Source: the human T2T-CHM13v2.0 reference genome, Homo sapiens
NCBI RefSeq assembly: GCF_009914755.1
Contig: NC_060936.1
Length of the DNA: 64,000 nucleotides
Direction: 5' to 3' (one strand)
Part shown: in pieces, positions 20,898 to 38,867 of the stretch
Position numbering within the stretch: position 1 is the stretch's first letter
Layout: every line of letters starts with the position of its first letter
The notes under the pieces: generated by a model
Told to the model about the DNA's origin: nothing
Database searches by the model: none
The model's input: the letters and a program-made list of their open reading frames with translations, nothing else
Position numbers and translations under genes: made by a program

Positions 20898-21236
<339 letters not shown>

Positions 21237-21787
21237 CACATAGGTCATTTTTATTCCTTTGTAGTAACTGTCCTTACTTGAAAGCAAGTTCATCTTTTCC
21301 CAATCAGATGATCCAATTCTCAACCTTGGTGCATATTTCAGAGAGGGAAGTTGAGGCACAGAGAAGCCAAGTCGAAGGTGAAAAAGCCAGGGCTGCCTTT
21401 GATGCAGCACACACTGGGCATTCCCGAGATGAGCTTCCTAGGAGGTGGATAATGATCTTCAACAGGCATGTGAAGCCACCCAACTCGTGCCCATCACCAC
21501 ACTCTCTCTCATTCACTGCATATCCACCTCTCTATTCTTTCAGTCCCAGGATGTTGCAGTCTTTTCCACCCTGTGGCCTTGGCGTGCTGTTTCCTCTTCC
21601 TGGAGCATTCTTCTTCATGCCAACCCCACATGCTTGACCTTTCTTGATGTTTCCTCATTCTTCTGATTTACTTTAATACTTCCTTGCCCCGTCCAGCTCA
21701 AACCAAAGTAGATGCTCTGTTTTTCTCTTCAAGTTATCACAAATATAATACGTAAATAAATAACAAATATAAAATGTCATTATTCTT

Positions 21788-22077
<290 letters not shown>

Positions 22078-22737
22078 TTATTATTCTTACAGGTCCTTCC
22101 TTTTTCTTGATACCATTTATCCTCCTTATGCATCTACTTGCTAATAAAGGTGCATCGTTTCACTGTGGACTCCCGGCAGGCAGGTACTGTGTCTGTTTGT
22201 ATTCCCACTGCACACCAATCATCTGGCACATTGAAATTACAAAATGAGTGAACACAGAGACATGTTCACCACAAAGTCAAGGAAGCCCCAACAATGTTCC
22301 AGTCTAAGCTTGACTCAGAGAGGAAAATGGTCGTGAAGATTAATTAAGCCTCCATTTATGATAACGTCTGCAGGTGCATGTCAATTCCACAGATCTCCTA
22401 GCAGCATAGCAACCCACATATCAAAAGGGAAGTTTTCTGTATCTTGTACGCAGTCTCTTCATTGAGGTAATGGGGTGCGGGGGTGAATGGGTGGATGCGG
22501 AGGGGTGTGTGTGTGTGTAGGAAGAAGTACTTACAATCTATCAAACAGGACACAGTGTCAAGACTAACATTGGGCTCTGAGATCCCCTGTGACTTAACAA
22601 TTTACCTATCATTCAGGATGGATGCCTGATGAGAGGTGGGGATGGTGTAGCACTGGCATAGGGAATGTAAACACCTGAGACTTAGAAACATGTGGTTGTT
22701 CAAGAGTGGTCAGCTTACAGAAATTCATATCAAATTC

Positions 22738-23037
22738 CTTTTCTTTATTTTAAACGAATCAGGGTTTTGCTCTGTTGCCTAAGCTGGAGTGCAGTGGTAC
22801 AATCGTAGCTCACTGCAGCCTCAAACTCCTGGGCTCAAGCAATCCTCCTGCCTCAGCTCCCAAGTAGCTGAGACTACAGATGCGCACCACCATGCCTGGC
22901 CAAGTTTTTAATTTTTTTATAGAGATAGGGTCTTGCCATGTTGCTCAGGCTGGTCTCGAATTCCTGGCCTTAAGCAGTCCTCCCATCTCAGCCTCTCAAA
23001 GCACTGGGATTACAGGTGTGAGCCACCACGCCCAGCC
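22738..23037 (-). mobile_element. Alu (AluJ-like)
   Basis: Antisense dimer. TSD-like CATATCA(A/G)ATT. Confidence 0.92.
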
Positions 23038-24035
23038 CATATCAGATTTCTAACAAAGAATAGGAAAAGGAGCAGATTCCGAGTTTTCCACCCCTCTGAA
23101 TTCATGCTGATACTGTTTGAATATTAGGCCTCTTTATGAATAATATTGGGTCTCTGCAGAAGCTGTTTTCCGCAACCTGCACTTGTTGATGCTCTTCAAC
23201 AAATTTGGAAGGACAGGAATTGGAAATCATGTGGCTAAGATCATATGGTCAAGGACCTTGGGCATCTTCTTCATTGGTGTGGATTCAGCAGTTCACAAAG
23301 TGCCTGGCTAAAAGTAGAGGTTCAGTAATATTCCTGAGGAAGCATGAACAAGGAGATGGTGAAGTAATACAGAAAAAGGGGGGAAGCCAATACAGGGTGC
23401 GTTTCTGAGCAATTGAGACAATTTTACTGGGGGTTCTGGGAGGCCATATCACACACATCTCAAAACTATCTCTCTCCCCCAGCAGGGAGGAAGCTAGGGC
23501 ATTTATACTTCATCTCCCATCCACCTGGCCTGTCCCTCAAGGGTCAAGAAATGACCATTGGGTGGAGAGTCAGTAAGATCCTGGAGGCACATACTGGCAT
23601 GGTTGGTGCCAGGGGACAAGGGTAGGGCACCAACAGGGTCTGCTATAGAGGAAGAGAGAAGCAGAGCAAAGGGCAAGAACAAAGGAGAAGCTAGAGATGA
23701 GCTGAGTGTGTGTGTATGTGTGTTTGCTCATGTGTGTTCGTGTGTGTAGAGTAGTGAGATCCATTAACAAAACATTTTAAACAATAAATAGAAAATCTCC
23801 ACGATTAACTCTATACAACTCTTATCTCCATCTGAAACACGCACTTTTAAATTTATAAATTTATAAAAATTGTTGTTTCTCTTACATGAATTTTCAAACA
23901 GAGCAACACATTATAAAGTGTTTATGAATAAAAATAGCTTCATAATAGAGAATGTTCTCCAAAGGGCTAACAAACATATTCAACCTCCTTGGTGATCAGG
24001 GAAGTCCCTATCAAAACAATGAGATATTGACTCTT

Positions 24036-24336
24036 GGGCGGGCACGGTGGCTCACACTTCTAATCCCAGCATTTTGGGATGCCAAGGTGGGTGGATCATT
24101 TTAGGCCAGGAGTTTGAGACCAGCCTGGCCAAAATGGTGAAACCTGCATCTCTACTAAAAATTAAAAAATTAGCTGGGCAGAGTGGCATGCGCCTGTAAT
24201 CCCAGCTACTCAGGATGCTGAGGCACAAAAATTACTTGAACCCAGGAGATGGAGGTTGCAGTGAGCCGAGATTGTGCCACTGCACTTCAGCCTGGGCAAC
24301 AGAGCGAGACTCCATCTCAAAAAATAATAATAATAA
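24036..24336 (+). mobile_element. Alu within an old L1M fragment
   Basis: Full dimer with a (TAA)n tail. Degenerate L1 flanks at ~23950-25080, with an antisense Alu monomer at ~24795-24955. Confidence 0.9.
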
Positions 24337-25283
24337 GATACCATTTTGGGGGGAAAATATTGGGGGAAATATTTAAAATATTGGTAGCATTCAGTGCTGA
24401 CAAAGATATTGTGCAATAGACATTGCGATATGTTGCTGTTAAGACTTTGAGTTACTACAAGTTTTGGGGAAGGAAACGTAGCAGTATGCACCAAAATAAA
24501 AAATATGATACCCCTTTACCCAGGAATTGTTCTTCCTGAAGTCTCTCCTAAATAAATGAAAGTACCAGAATATAAAGCTATTCATATAAGGATGTTTACT
24601 GAAGCATTATTTGGGCAAAAATTTTGGAAGCAACTCGAATGACCAATAAGATGGAAAAAATGAAAAATTTTTATATATTCACACTAATAAAAATAGTGAA
24701 TTAGTGCTATATGTATTGCCTTAGTAATATTCGAGATATATTGAGGGAAATCAAAAATTTGTACTATAATGTGCATAGTTCAATCTATTCAACATTTTTT
24801 TTTCCCTCAGAGATGGGGTCTTGCTCTGTTGCCTGGGCTGGTGTGTTGTGGCATGATCAGAGCTCACTGCAGCCTTAAACTTCTGGGCTCAAGTCATCCT
24901 CCTGCCTCAGTCTCCCAAGTAGCTGAAATTATAGGTACAAGCCATGGCGCCCAGCACATTCAAATATTTAAAAAGGAAAAAGGAAAAGGCTTACATATGC
25001 ACAAATGTATTTGTCCAAAATAGAAAAATGTGTGGAAGGATACACATCAACTGTTACCATTAGTTACCTTGAGGTTGGAGGTATAAACTGTTGAGAAAAA
25101 GAATCCTCCGTGTTGGCGGTCCGTTGAGAAACTGGTATGTGGACAGATATTTGGGGACCTTGAAAATCAGTGGAATCATTATGGGGAGGATTAAATGAAT
25201 TATACTCTCTTTGGGATATAGCCAAAGAAATAGCTACATCTCTTCTCTTTATGACTTCTTTCCTTAAAAAAAAAAATGGTATG

Positions 25284-26388
25284 ACCATTCAGGACATAGG
25301 CATGGGCAAGGACTTCATGACTAAAACACCAAAAGCAATGGCAATAAAAGCCAAAATTGACAAATGGGATCTAATTAAACTAAAGAGCTTCTGCACAGCA
25401 AAAGAAACTACCATCAGAGTGAACAGACAACCTACAGAATGGGAGAAAATTTTTACAATCTACCCATCTGACAAAGGGCTAATATCCAGAATCTACAAAG
25501 GACTTAAACAAATTTACAAGAAAAAAACAAACAACCCCAACAAAAAGTGGGCAAAGGATATGAACAGACACTTCTCAAAAGAAGACATTTATGCAGCCAA
25601 AAGACACATGGAAAAAATGCTCATCATCACTGGTCATCAGAGAAATGCAAATCAAAACCACAATGAGATACCATCTCACACCAGTTAGAATGGCAATCAT
25701 TAAAAAGTCAGGAAACAACAGGTGCTGGAGAGGGTGTGGAGAAATAGGAACACTTTTACACTGTTGGTGGGACGTAAACTAGTTCAGCCATTGTGGAAGA
25801 CAGTGCGGCAATTCCTCAAGGATCTAGAACTAGAAATACCATTTGACCCAGTGATCCCATTACTGGGTATATACCCAAAGGATTATAAATCATGCTGCTA
25901 TAAAGACACATGCACATGTATGTTTACTGCAGCACTATTCACAGTAGCAAAGATTTGGAACCAACCCAAATGTCCATCAATGTATAGACTGGATTAAGAA
26001 AATGTGGCACATATACACCATGGAATACTATGCAGCCATAAAAATGGATGAGTTCATGTCCTTTTTAGGGACATGGATGAAGCTGGAAATCATCATTCTG
26101 AGCAAACTATCGCAAGGACAGAAAACCAAACATCGCATGTTCTTACTCATAGATGCGAATTGAACAATGAGAACACTTGGACTCAGGGTGGGGAACATCA
26201 CACACCGGGGCCTGTCGTGGGGTGGGGGGAGCGGGGAGTGATAGCATTAGGAGATATACGTAATGTAAATGATGAGTTAATGGGTGCAGCACACCAACAT
26301 GGCACATTTATACATGTGTAACAAATCTGCACGTTGTGCACATGTACCTTAGAACTTAAAGTATAATAAAAAATAAATAAATAAAAAA
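25284..26388 (+). mobile_element. 5'-truncated L1PA (about PA4-PA7)
   Basis: Frameshifted ORF2 C-terminus, 3' UTR and AATAAA/poly(A). TSD AAAAAA(T/G)GGTATGA at 25271-25284 and 26383-26396; TT/AAAA target site. Confidence 0.95.
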
Positions 26389-26924
26389 GGGTATGAATGT
26401 TTCTACGGCAGTGCTATAGAAAACCCACATGGCTGAAAAGCAGGCAGTAGTTAAGCAAACCACAAGGTACTAAGTCATAGAGCAATAGAATAGTAGAGGC
26501 CAGAAGTATGGTATCTGTTGGGCATGTGTTTGAGTTCTGGCTCTACTAGTTGCTGGCTGTGTGACCATAGGCACGTTGCTTATCTGTGAGCTTTGATGTC
26601 TTTATTTAGAAATGGCAATAGCAATAGTGTCTAGCTCATAGATTTGCTCTGAGGATTAAATGAGATATGCATATCATTATGATTACTACCACTTTATAAC
26701 TTATGAAATGAATAAGTAAATGAATATGTGAATGGAAAACTCTGTAAGTTACTGTTACTTGAAAAGGCAGATTAGGATATGTTGCTCGATCTTAATTTTA
26801 CAAAAATTACTTACACAATGATTAAAAGCAAAAGGTCTTAAAATTTTGTAAATGTCAGTAGTTGGTATTTTAACATTGAATTATTTGTCTCTTTAATTTT
26901 ATTGATACTTTATTTTATTTATTT

Positions 26925-28442
<1,518 letters not shown>

Positions 28443-28585
28443 TTTTTTATTTTAAAATTTTTATTTAAACAAGACAGGGTCTCGCTATGTTGACCAGGCT
28501 GGTCTTGAACTTCTGGCCTCAAAAAATCCTCCCACCTCTGCCTTCCAGAGGGTTGGGATTACAGGTGGGATCCAGTGCACCCACC
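28443..28585 (-). mobile_element. Alu left monomer (FLAM-like)
   Basis: AGACAGGGTCTCGCTATGTTGACCAGG...GTGCACCCACC. Confidence 0.85.
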
Positions 28586-28758
28586 TGATACTTTACTTTA
28601 AAGGTGGTTAATTATTTAATTACATAATAGCTTAAGTAACTATATCAAATTGAAAGCAAATCCAAGAAACAAAATTGTTTAGCCTACTCTTTGACAATAA
28701 AAAGTAATGATTTGTGGTAGGCTTTATACAAGTGTTTATTATGTCTCCCCCACATTCC

Positions 28759-28760
<2 letters not shown>

Positions 28761-28796
<36 letters not shown>
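28761..28796. repeat. (AC)18 microsatellite
   Basis: Perfect dinucleotide run. Confidence 0.98.
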
Positions 28797-28799
<3 letters not shown>

Positions 28800-29931
28800 C
28801 CTCCCAGAATAGTACCACATTCCCTAGGCTGCTCATCAAGCTTGTGGCTGGCAGTTGCAGTCTTAGCAAAATACAGTCTTCTAGGATGTCTTGCCAGAAA
28901 GACCAAGGCCAGGGCTGGCTGAGGCAGTTGGAGCAGATTCACTCAAGTCAGAGATCCAAGAGCAGGGAACACACAGACACTGTGTACCTATGCAGGAAAA
29001 CTATATCAGCCTGGTGACAAACAAACAAAAACCCTAGAAGCCCCTGGTCCTTAGTAGAGCAGACGAGTCCCCTCAGAACTGGCTCAGCTTCTTTGTTAGT
29101 CACGCAGGCCCCTACCCTTTGCTCTGGCCAAACCAGCCCTCTCACCAGTCCCTGCACACACCATGACATACACACCTGCTTGCCTTTGCCCTGGCTGCTT
29201 TCTCTCCTCCACATCCCTCCAGCCTCACCTGAAAAACTTGCTTGATCATTCTCTTCTCTCCTTCCCACAGAATGTGGAATCACTGTCCATTCTGCATGGG
29301 TACATTCTTCCTCCAGAGCACCTACCACCCTGTACTGGAACTATTGGGTTTTCTATGATGACCCTAACTAGACTATCACCCCTACTCATTTTTGTTTTTC
29401 TTTCACCCAGCACAATCATGGATAAATAGCAGGCATCCAACACCTATTCATTGGCAAGAACTGCAAAATACATGGAGAATGAAAACACAGGGGAAAAAAA
29501 TCACTTAGTGACATCCAAGGATAATTGAATCCAGTATCTCAGTAGTGCACAACCAATTATAACACAGAATTAAGTATAAACCTAGGTCATGCTCAAATGT
29601 CACCCAGAGGGTTCTAGTTACAAGAAACATAGAAATAACTATGATAATAACTTCACCTAATTTAATCTCTGCTTTCCATGAGCTCAAACATAGTAATATA
29701 TGCTACTCTGATATTTTCTTTTTTCTTCCCTTTTTATGCTTTCCTTTTTCTCCATGTTATTCGTAAGTGAATTGACTGCATATTTAACTATACATTTTTT
29801 ATTAAGCCCCTATTGTTTGATTAGCCCTGTTAATTACAGAAATTACATTGTAATTGTAATAACTCTGCTGGTAAGTGATGGAGCCAAGATTCTAAATCTG
29901 AGCATTATAGAAATTGCATTGTAATTTGTAA

Positions 29932-30203
<272 letters not shown>

Positions 30204-30229
30204 GACATTGCTATTTCTGTAATGCTCAG

Positions 30230-31360
30230 ATTTAGAATCTTGGCTCCACCACTTAACAGCTGAACCAACTTTCAGGAAAATGCTTGACCTCTCTGGCCTA
30301 CAGTTTCCTCATCTATAAAATGAGCATGCATTTAATAATACCTTCATCAGGAGTTTATTGTGAGGATTAAATAAAGCTGTTGATCATTGCCATCAGCATG
30401 AAAACATTCTCTAGAATCTTTCATGTAAAAGCAAAACAAAGCCTGTCTTGAGCATTGTCTTTGAGCTGCCTCTCCTTCACACATGACAGTGTCTTGAGTC
30501 ATTGGAAGCTGATGCTTCCACTTCCTCACCTCCGTCTCAAGTCACTTCAATTTGGTTTCCTTTCCTCCTATCCACTAGGACTCACCAAAGTCACTGGTGA
30601 CTTCCATCATGCCAAATTCAGCAGTCATTTCTCTAGTGTTATTTTCATCCCTCAACAGCATTTGGTACCTTTGGCTTTCTTTCTTTTAAAACTTTTCTTC
30701 TTTTCAGCTTCCCTGCTATCATACTCTACTTGTTTTCTTTTTAGCTCTCAAGCCTCTACTCCTCAGTCCCCTTTACTAACTCTGGTCTGCCTGTAAATTT
30801 GGAGTCTCAGAGTTTGTTCCTGGGCCCGCTGTCTTCTGTAGCAGCAGAATTTTAGGACATCTCATCTGGACCTGTGGTTCAATTGATATGCCAATGACTC
30901 TCAAATCAATACCTCCAGCCCTGAACTCTTCCCTGAATGAACTCTAGATTCAAACAGTCAACTGCCTACTTAATCTCTCCACGTGGATGTCTGTACCAGG
31001 CATCCCAAACAGCATGTCCAAAACAGAACTTTTTACTTTTTTTCCCCAAATCTGCTCCCTCTTCTGTCTCCCCCATCTCAATAAATGGCAATATCACACA
31101 TCCAGAGACTCATGCTAAAAATTTATGAGGTCCTTGATTTCTTCTTTTTCCCCCACCTCCCTACATTAATTCATCAGCAAACCCTGTAAACTCTAATCTC
31201 CAAAGCATATCCCAAATATTACACATCTGTCCATCCCCTTGCCACCAGTATCATCCAAGCCAGCTAGACAGATGTAAAAACCTGTTAGCTGATCTCCCTG
31301 ATTCTGCTGCCACCTGCCCCATAAATCCAATCTCATCACAGCAACAGCAACCAGAAAGTC
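30230..31360 (+). mobile_element. MIR (30230-30410) followed by a long L2 fragment
   Basis: MIR core CAGTTTCCTCATCTATAAAATG. L2 motifs ATGCCAATGACTCTCAAATC, CTCCAGCCCTGAACTCT, CATGTCCAAAACAGAACT. Confidence 0.7.
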
Positions 31361-32423
<1,063 letters not shown>

Positions 32424-32802
32424 CTACTCCTCTTCTTAAAACCTTCCAATGGAAGGTTTTAAGTCATTTATTTTCCCCTACACTTAGAATAGACTCTGAA
32501 ATCTTTCCTGAACTTCAGAGTGCTGCAGGATCTAACCTCTGCCCATCACTCCAACCTCATTTTGTAACTCCCTGCCTTCCCCTAAACTCCACTCACACCG
32601 ACTTCCTCCAATAACTCAAACTTGTTCCCATTTAGGGACTTCGCGTTGTCTGTTCCCTCTGCCTCTTCCAGAAACAGTCTTCTCCTTGATCTTTGCCTAG
32701 GGATGTGAAGTGTGGACAAAGATGTAACAATAATAAATCTAGAAGGGGGAAGTTCCGTACATACCGATCTCTGCACAGAGTTGCATTTAAAGAAGCTAAA
32801 GT

Positions 32803-33110
32803 TGGCCGGGCGCGGTGGCTCACGCCTGTAATTCCAGCACTTTGGGAGGCTGAGGCGGACAGATCATTTGAGGCCAGGAGTTTGAGACTAGCCTGGCCAA
32901 CATGGCGAAACCGCATGCCTACTGAAAATACAAAAAGTAGCCGGGTGTGGTGGTGCACACCTGCAGTCCCAGCTGCTTGGTAGGCTGGGGCAAGAATCGC
33001 TTGAACCTGGGAGGCGGAGGCTACAGGGAGCTGAGATTGCACCACTACACACCAGCCTGGGTGACAGAGTGAGACTCTGTCTCAAACACAAAACAAAACA
33101 AAAAAACAAG
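32803..33110 (+). mobile_element. Alu (AluS-like)
   Basis: Full dimer with a (CAAAA)n tail. Confidence 0.94.
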
Positions 33111-33954
33111 AAGCAAAAGTCAACAGAAAAAAAATTATAAAAGTCTTCCACTTTTGCTTGCATCTCTCAAAGAAATTTCAAAAAAAAAACCCAAATGCAT
33201 ATTTCACTGCAGCACTTATTAAAATCCTCTCTCCTGTCTCATCTACCTCCTTTGCACTCTGCAGTTGCAAACCTTTCTCCAGCATCTCCAAACGTCTAAC
33301 ATCCATTCCCAGAATGTTTTCCTTTCACTCTAACTCCTACTACCTCCATCCCCAACTTTTTCTTTAGGCTCACCTAGCTTTCCTTCCATAAGCAAGAATC
33401 CTTCCTCTTTAGGAGTTTGGGTGCGGGGAGAATGCCCTTTGACAGGCCAGAGAGGAAAGGAAAGCTTTCTTTCCTTTTACGTGGCTTTTTCTTGAGTCCC
33501 ATAACAAGGATGTTTGGCAACCTGTAGGAAAGAATGTGTCATAGTCAAATTAAGGGGAGACAACCAAATTAGGAGTGGAAAGGCACATGAAAGGAATAGC
33601 AGCAGGGGGGTTTGCCAGGGTGGAGGGGAGGAAGGGATGACTCAACAACCTGATTGTAACTTAAAATACCACCTCTACTCTATTGATATGTCTGTTGGAT
33701 GTTACGCATGTGGTAGAATTTTCACAGTTGCAAAATTAATTCTATCCGTGAATATAAGGTGATTTGACATCTTTGGAGTAGATGTTATTGCTTAAATTTT
33801 TAAGGGTCACATGTGAAAGTGAGTTACTGAATAATCAAATTGAGAAGAAACACATTACCAGATTTTGCTCGAAATGCATGAACAAGCTTATTGTTGTGAG
33901 GAGCAGAGAAGATGAAAGACCAGGGTGTTAGCGAACTTATTTTCTCTGAGGTTT

Positions 33955-34125
33955 GGAATATAGGTTTGCAGCCTGACAATCTAGAGTCAAATCTCACCTC
34001 CACCTTACTTCCCAGCTCTGTGACCTTGGGCAAACTACTTAAACGTTTATTCCTGAATTTCCTCATCCGTAAAATGAGGACATTAATACCTACCACATAG
34101 GACTGCTGTACTTGATAAATCATTG
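33955..34125 (+). mobile_element. MIR
   Basis: CTGTGACCTTGGGCAAACTACTTAA...TTTCCTCATCCGTAAAATGAGG. Confidence 0.75.
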
Positions 34126-36559
34126 TACCAGTGACATTATCACATTCACCTTGAGTTGGAGAGTTAAGAATGGTTTCTTTCTTCTATTAAACCTTTTGAT
34201 GATATAGAGCTTGAGCATTGTAACTAAATCTAAAGGGAGTGAGAAAAAAAACAACAACAAAGGGGCTGGGAGAAATTTTCATTTGACTGAGCTGTTACTA
34301 GCTGGGATAATAGAATCATAATATATGACGAGCAAAGACAGCACTGCAGATTTTTGGCCAGGTATTCACTGAAACCATTAGCACTTCATATGTCAGAAGT
34401 TAAAACCTAACCCCATGAGTGAGGCAGTTTGAGCCTATATTTATAACTGCTCTGGAAGTCTGGTGCTGAGATGAAAGATCCTTATTCATTTGGGATCTTA
34501 GTCAAGTTCATGTAAATGGAAGGAAAGGGAGGAAGACTCCAGTTAACTGGTGCTAATCTAAGACAGGACTTGGGATCGATGTCTTAACTTGCCACAGAGA
34601 TATTTTCCAGAGTGGCTACCAAGTAATGTTGAACTTGGAGGGATGTAAATATTGTCCAACAAAGTATAGTGTGGCTTGTTTATTATTTTTTAAGGAGTGG
34701 CTTTCTCTTTATTAGTATTTTAAATTTATTCTACTGTCTCTGTCATAGGAAAGGCTTGAAGGCTTGAATATTCCTGAATTGCTTATCTGCAAGGAAAGCT
34801 GGCTTTGGGCATGTGTTCTTGGTAATGCTAGTTTTCCTTTTGCTCTGAGGACAAAGTTGGCTAAAACCAAGTGTAACTGGAGTTATTAAGATTTTCTTAC
34901 TGTACCTGTCACCAGCTAATTCAGACGCCCACTCTGAACATGTCACCAGTCCTGTCTAATGTCTCCTTAGGCAGACCATTATAAATGCCGCAGAAAAACA
35001 GGGCGAAACATGAGTTTTGGAACAAAGAGGCTTTTAAAGAGGAAAGCAAAGCAAGAGAATGGAAGACCCCCCATTCACTTGCCTTTTGGTTGGGGTTTTG
35101 CAGTTGCATCAGACTCCGGGCACTTAAAACACTTCACTGTCATCTGTAATAGGATAAGGCAAGAGAGGTTCTTTGTTCAGGGTTCAAGTGCTCTCTCGTG
35201 ACCATCTCAAAATAACCCTGAAGTGTAATACAGTAGGGCCTCACGTAACTAAACCCACAAGTCTCGGACCTGTCATCATTGTCAACCCAATTGTTCTCTC
35301 CTCCCCTCTTAGGCAAGCAAAGCACTTGGATAAATTTTTCTGTCAACACTCAAAGTTGCATAAACTCCTTATTTTTACTTTTCCAAATCCAGTAGGAGTT
35401 TCTCTGCCAGTTATAGGGAAATATATAGAAGGCGGACATATCAGGTGCTTCTCTTCCAAATAAGCTTTCCTTGTGGCTTACGCTGTTCTTCACTTGGATT
35501 TGAACCCGATCAGCGGCTTTCCTTTCACCAAAGGATCTTATTTTTGTAATTTGTCGGACTTTGCAAGAATTGTGATATTCTCAGCCAGCCCTTTCTTCAT
35601 AAGGCAAGTGTGCCACTGTTCAGCGTGTATTTATTCCATTAGCCAAGTTATTGCACTGAGTTGAGCATTAAAGAAATCTGATCGTTTCCTTGGTCTCTAT
35701 TTTGGAAGATGCTGGAGATTTATCCTTGGCGACATGTAAACAATATTTAAACAAGGCTAACAAAGAGAAAGTGTTGAGATAGGAAGGTAAAACTGCAAAT
35801 GTTTTGTTTCAAGTGACATCAAGATGCAATAGAGGAGATGAAAGAGAGGACATTATAAAACGGGTCAGTCTCTAGAGTTAAAACAACACAGAAAACAGCA
35901 CATGAAATACATGTGTATAGAACGGTGTGAGATTGACAGAAAGGAAGGAAATAAACCAATGACATTGAATGCATGGGTAATGGAATTTCAGATGATTTAT
36001 TTTTTCTTTTCTATATTGCATGGGATTTTAAAATTTCTATAGCTTTTCTATATCTTGTCTACATCTACGTGATTTTACATAATCTTTGCCATCTTTTGCA
36101 AGTGCTTTTTGTAGAATAAATTCCTAGAAGAGGAAGTGTTTGTACAAACTAAAGTTTTTAGAAGAGTATAGGCCATTTTTACTTTAGAAATACAGCAAAT
36201 TTAAATAATAAAATGTTATATAGATAAAACTTCTAAAACTTTTCATTTTCTTTTTAAAATTACTTTTGTCAGTTTCTTTTTTATCCTGGTTACAAGTGGT
36301 ACACGGTATAAAAAATAAAAACTGTTACCAAGTTAATAAGTAATCCTCCATATTATTATTAACTATAGTAATAACTTTATGGGTTCTATTATAATCCTGG
36401 ACTCTATCATAATACTGTTATATTACAGGATGTTATTATAATGCTGTTTTGCAATTTGCTTGTTTCCCTCAATGTATCTCAAACACATTACTCCATGTCA
36501 ATATGTATAATTCTTATCATTTTGATGGTTATATGCTCCTTTGTTTGGGAGAGGGAAGT

Positions 36560-36911
<352 letters not shown>

Positions 36912-37275
36912 TGCATATGTTCCTTTGTATGTACCATTTTAATGTACAGCAAATATGTATAATATATTTAATCAAACTCTCATTACTGGACTTTGGGCTT
37001 TTTTTAGCAATTGCAAACAGTGCCACAGTGAACATCCTTTTACATAACTTTACCACTTTGTGCACAGAGATTTGTAAAGTAAATTTTTAGAAATGGAAAA
37101 ATAAGTTTCCAAATCAGGCTGGCGAATGGGTTAAGCAGCCTTTCCAACTTATCATGACCACAGGATGATCATTTGCATATCCTATAAATATCCATATATC
37201 TTGCAGACTGCATTGTCTGAAGAGACTGAATTTTGTTGGAAAAATGCAAAGTATGTTTTATTTTCAGTTTCCTCA

Positions 37276-37289
37276 CCAGTAGATGGCAC
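37276..37289 (+). promoter_or_regulatory. CTCF core motif
   Basis: CCAGTAGATGGCAC is an exact match to CCASYAGRKGGCRS and lies in repeat-free sequence. Confidence 0.6.
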
Positions 37290-37927
37290 CTAGTCTTCCT
37301 TTATGATGGACTAAAATCCCCTCTAACTTCATTGCATTCCCAACATGTCAGTGAGCCTGCACTAACACGGCAATGACCACATCACATACAAATGCTCCTC
37401 TCTCATTCCCCTTATCCCATGTTTGTATTGTTCTAGTTCCAGGATGCTGATACTTTAAGCCCGAGGCTCTAACTTGAGCAGGAAGAGTTTATTTTGGGAT
37501 GAAGAATCTTCCCCCATAGGAGGGCCTCTCAACCAGTGTCTCTCTTTCTCTGTCTTTAGAAACCAGGAAATTCTAGAGGAGAAAATTGGTTTTCTGCATC
37601 TGCAGAATGACTTCTTTCTCTTAAAAATATCAGACTCATATTTTGGCTGAATTTACTCCGTTTATAGAGGGGACTGCAGAGTTGCAAGGACTTTAAGGTT
37701 TTGTGTTGAGAGTGGTTTTAGTCAATTATATTAAGAAAATTACTCTTGAATATGTGAAGTTGATGGGATGAATATATACATAATGTCCATTTCATTAAAA
37801 CTATAAATATGTGCATTAAAATGGCCATGGAGGAAGGCAGGAACTGCAGACTCTAAGTGGGAAAAACGTGATAACACATCAGTTTGTTTTGTGTTGTTCT
37901 CTATGTGCAGGTGTTAGTTTTCTTTAA

Positions 37928-38306
<379 letters not shown>

Positions 38307-38434
38307 TGACAGAGTTCTTGTCTCAAAGAACATTTCAAGCATGTGAGGCTTTCTCGGAGTAGATAAGAAAGACGAGCTTTTGGGTATGTTTGGAAAGGAA
38401 AAAATAACAAATTTATTATACATTTGGCCAACTA

Positions 38435-38867
<433 letters not shown>

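Noticed and set aside
22472-22518. G-rich run with (TG)n, a possible G-quadruplex
   Set aside because: The third loop is 10 nt and there is no other supporting context.
25170-25688. 172-aa ORF with an apparently novel N-terminus
   Set aside because: Chance read-through from the flank across the TSD into frameshifted L1 ORF2.
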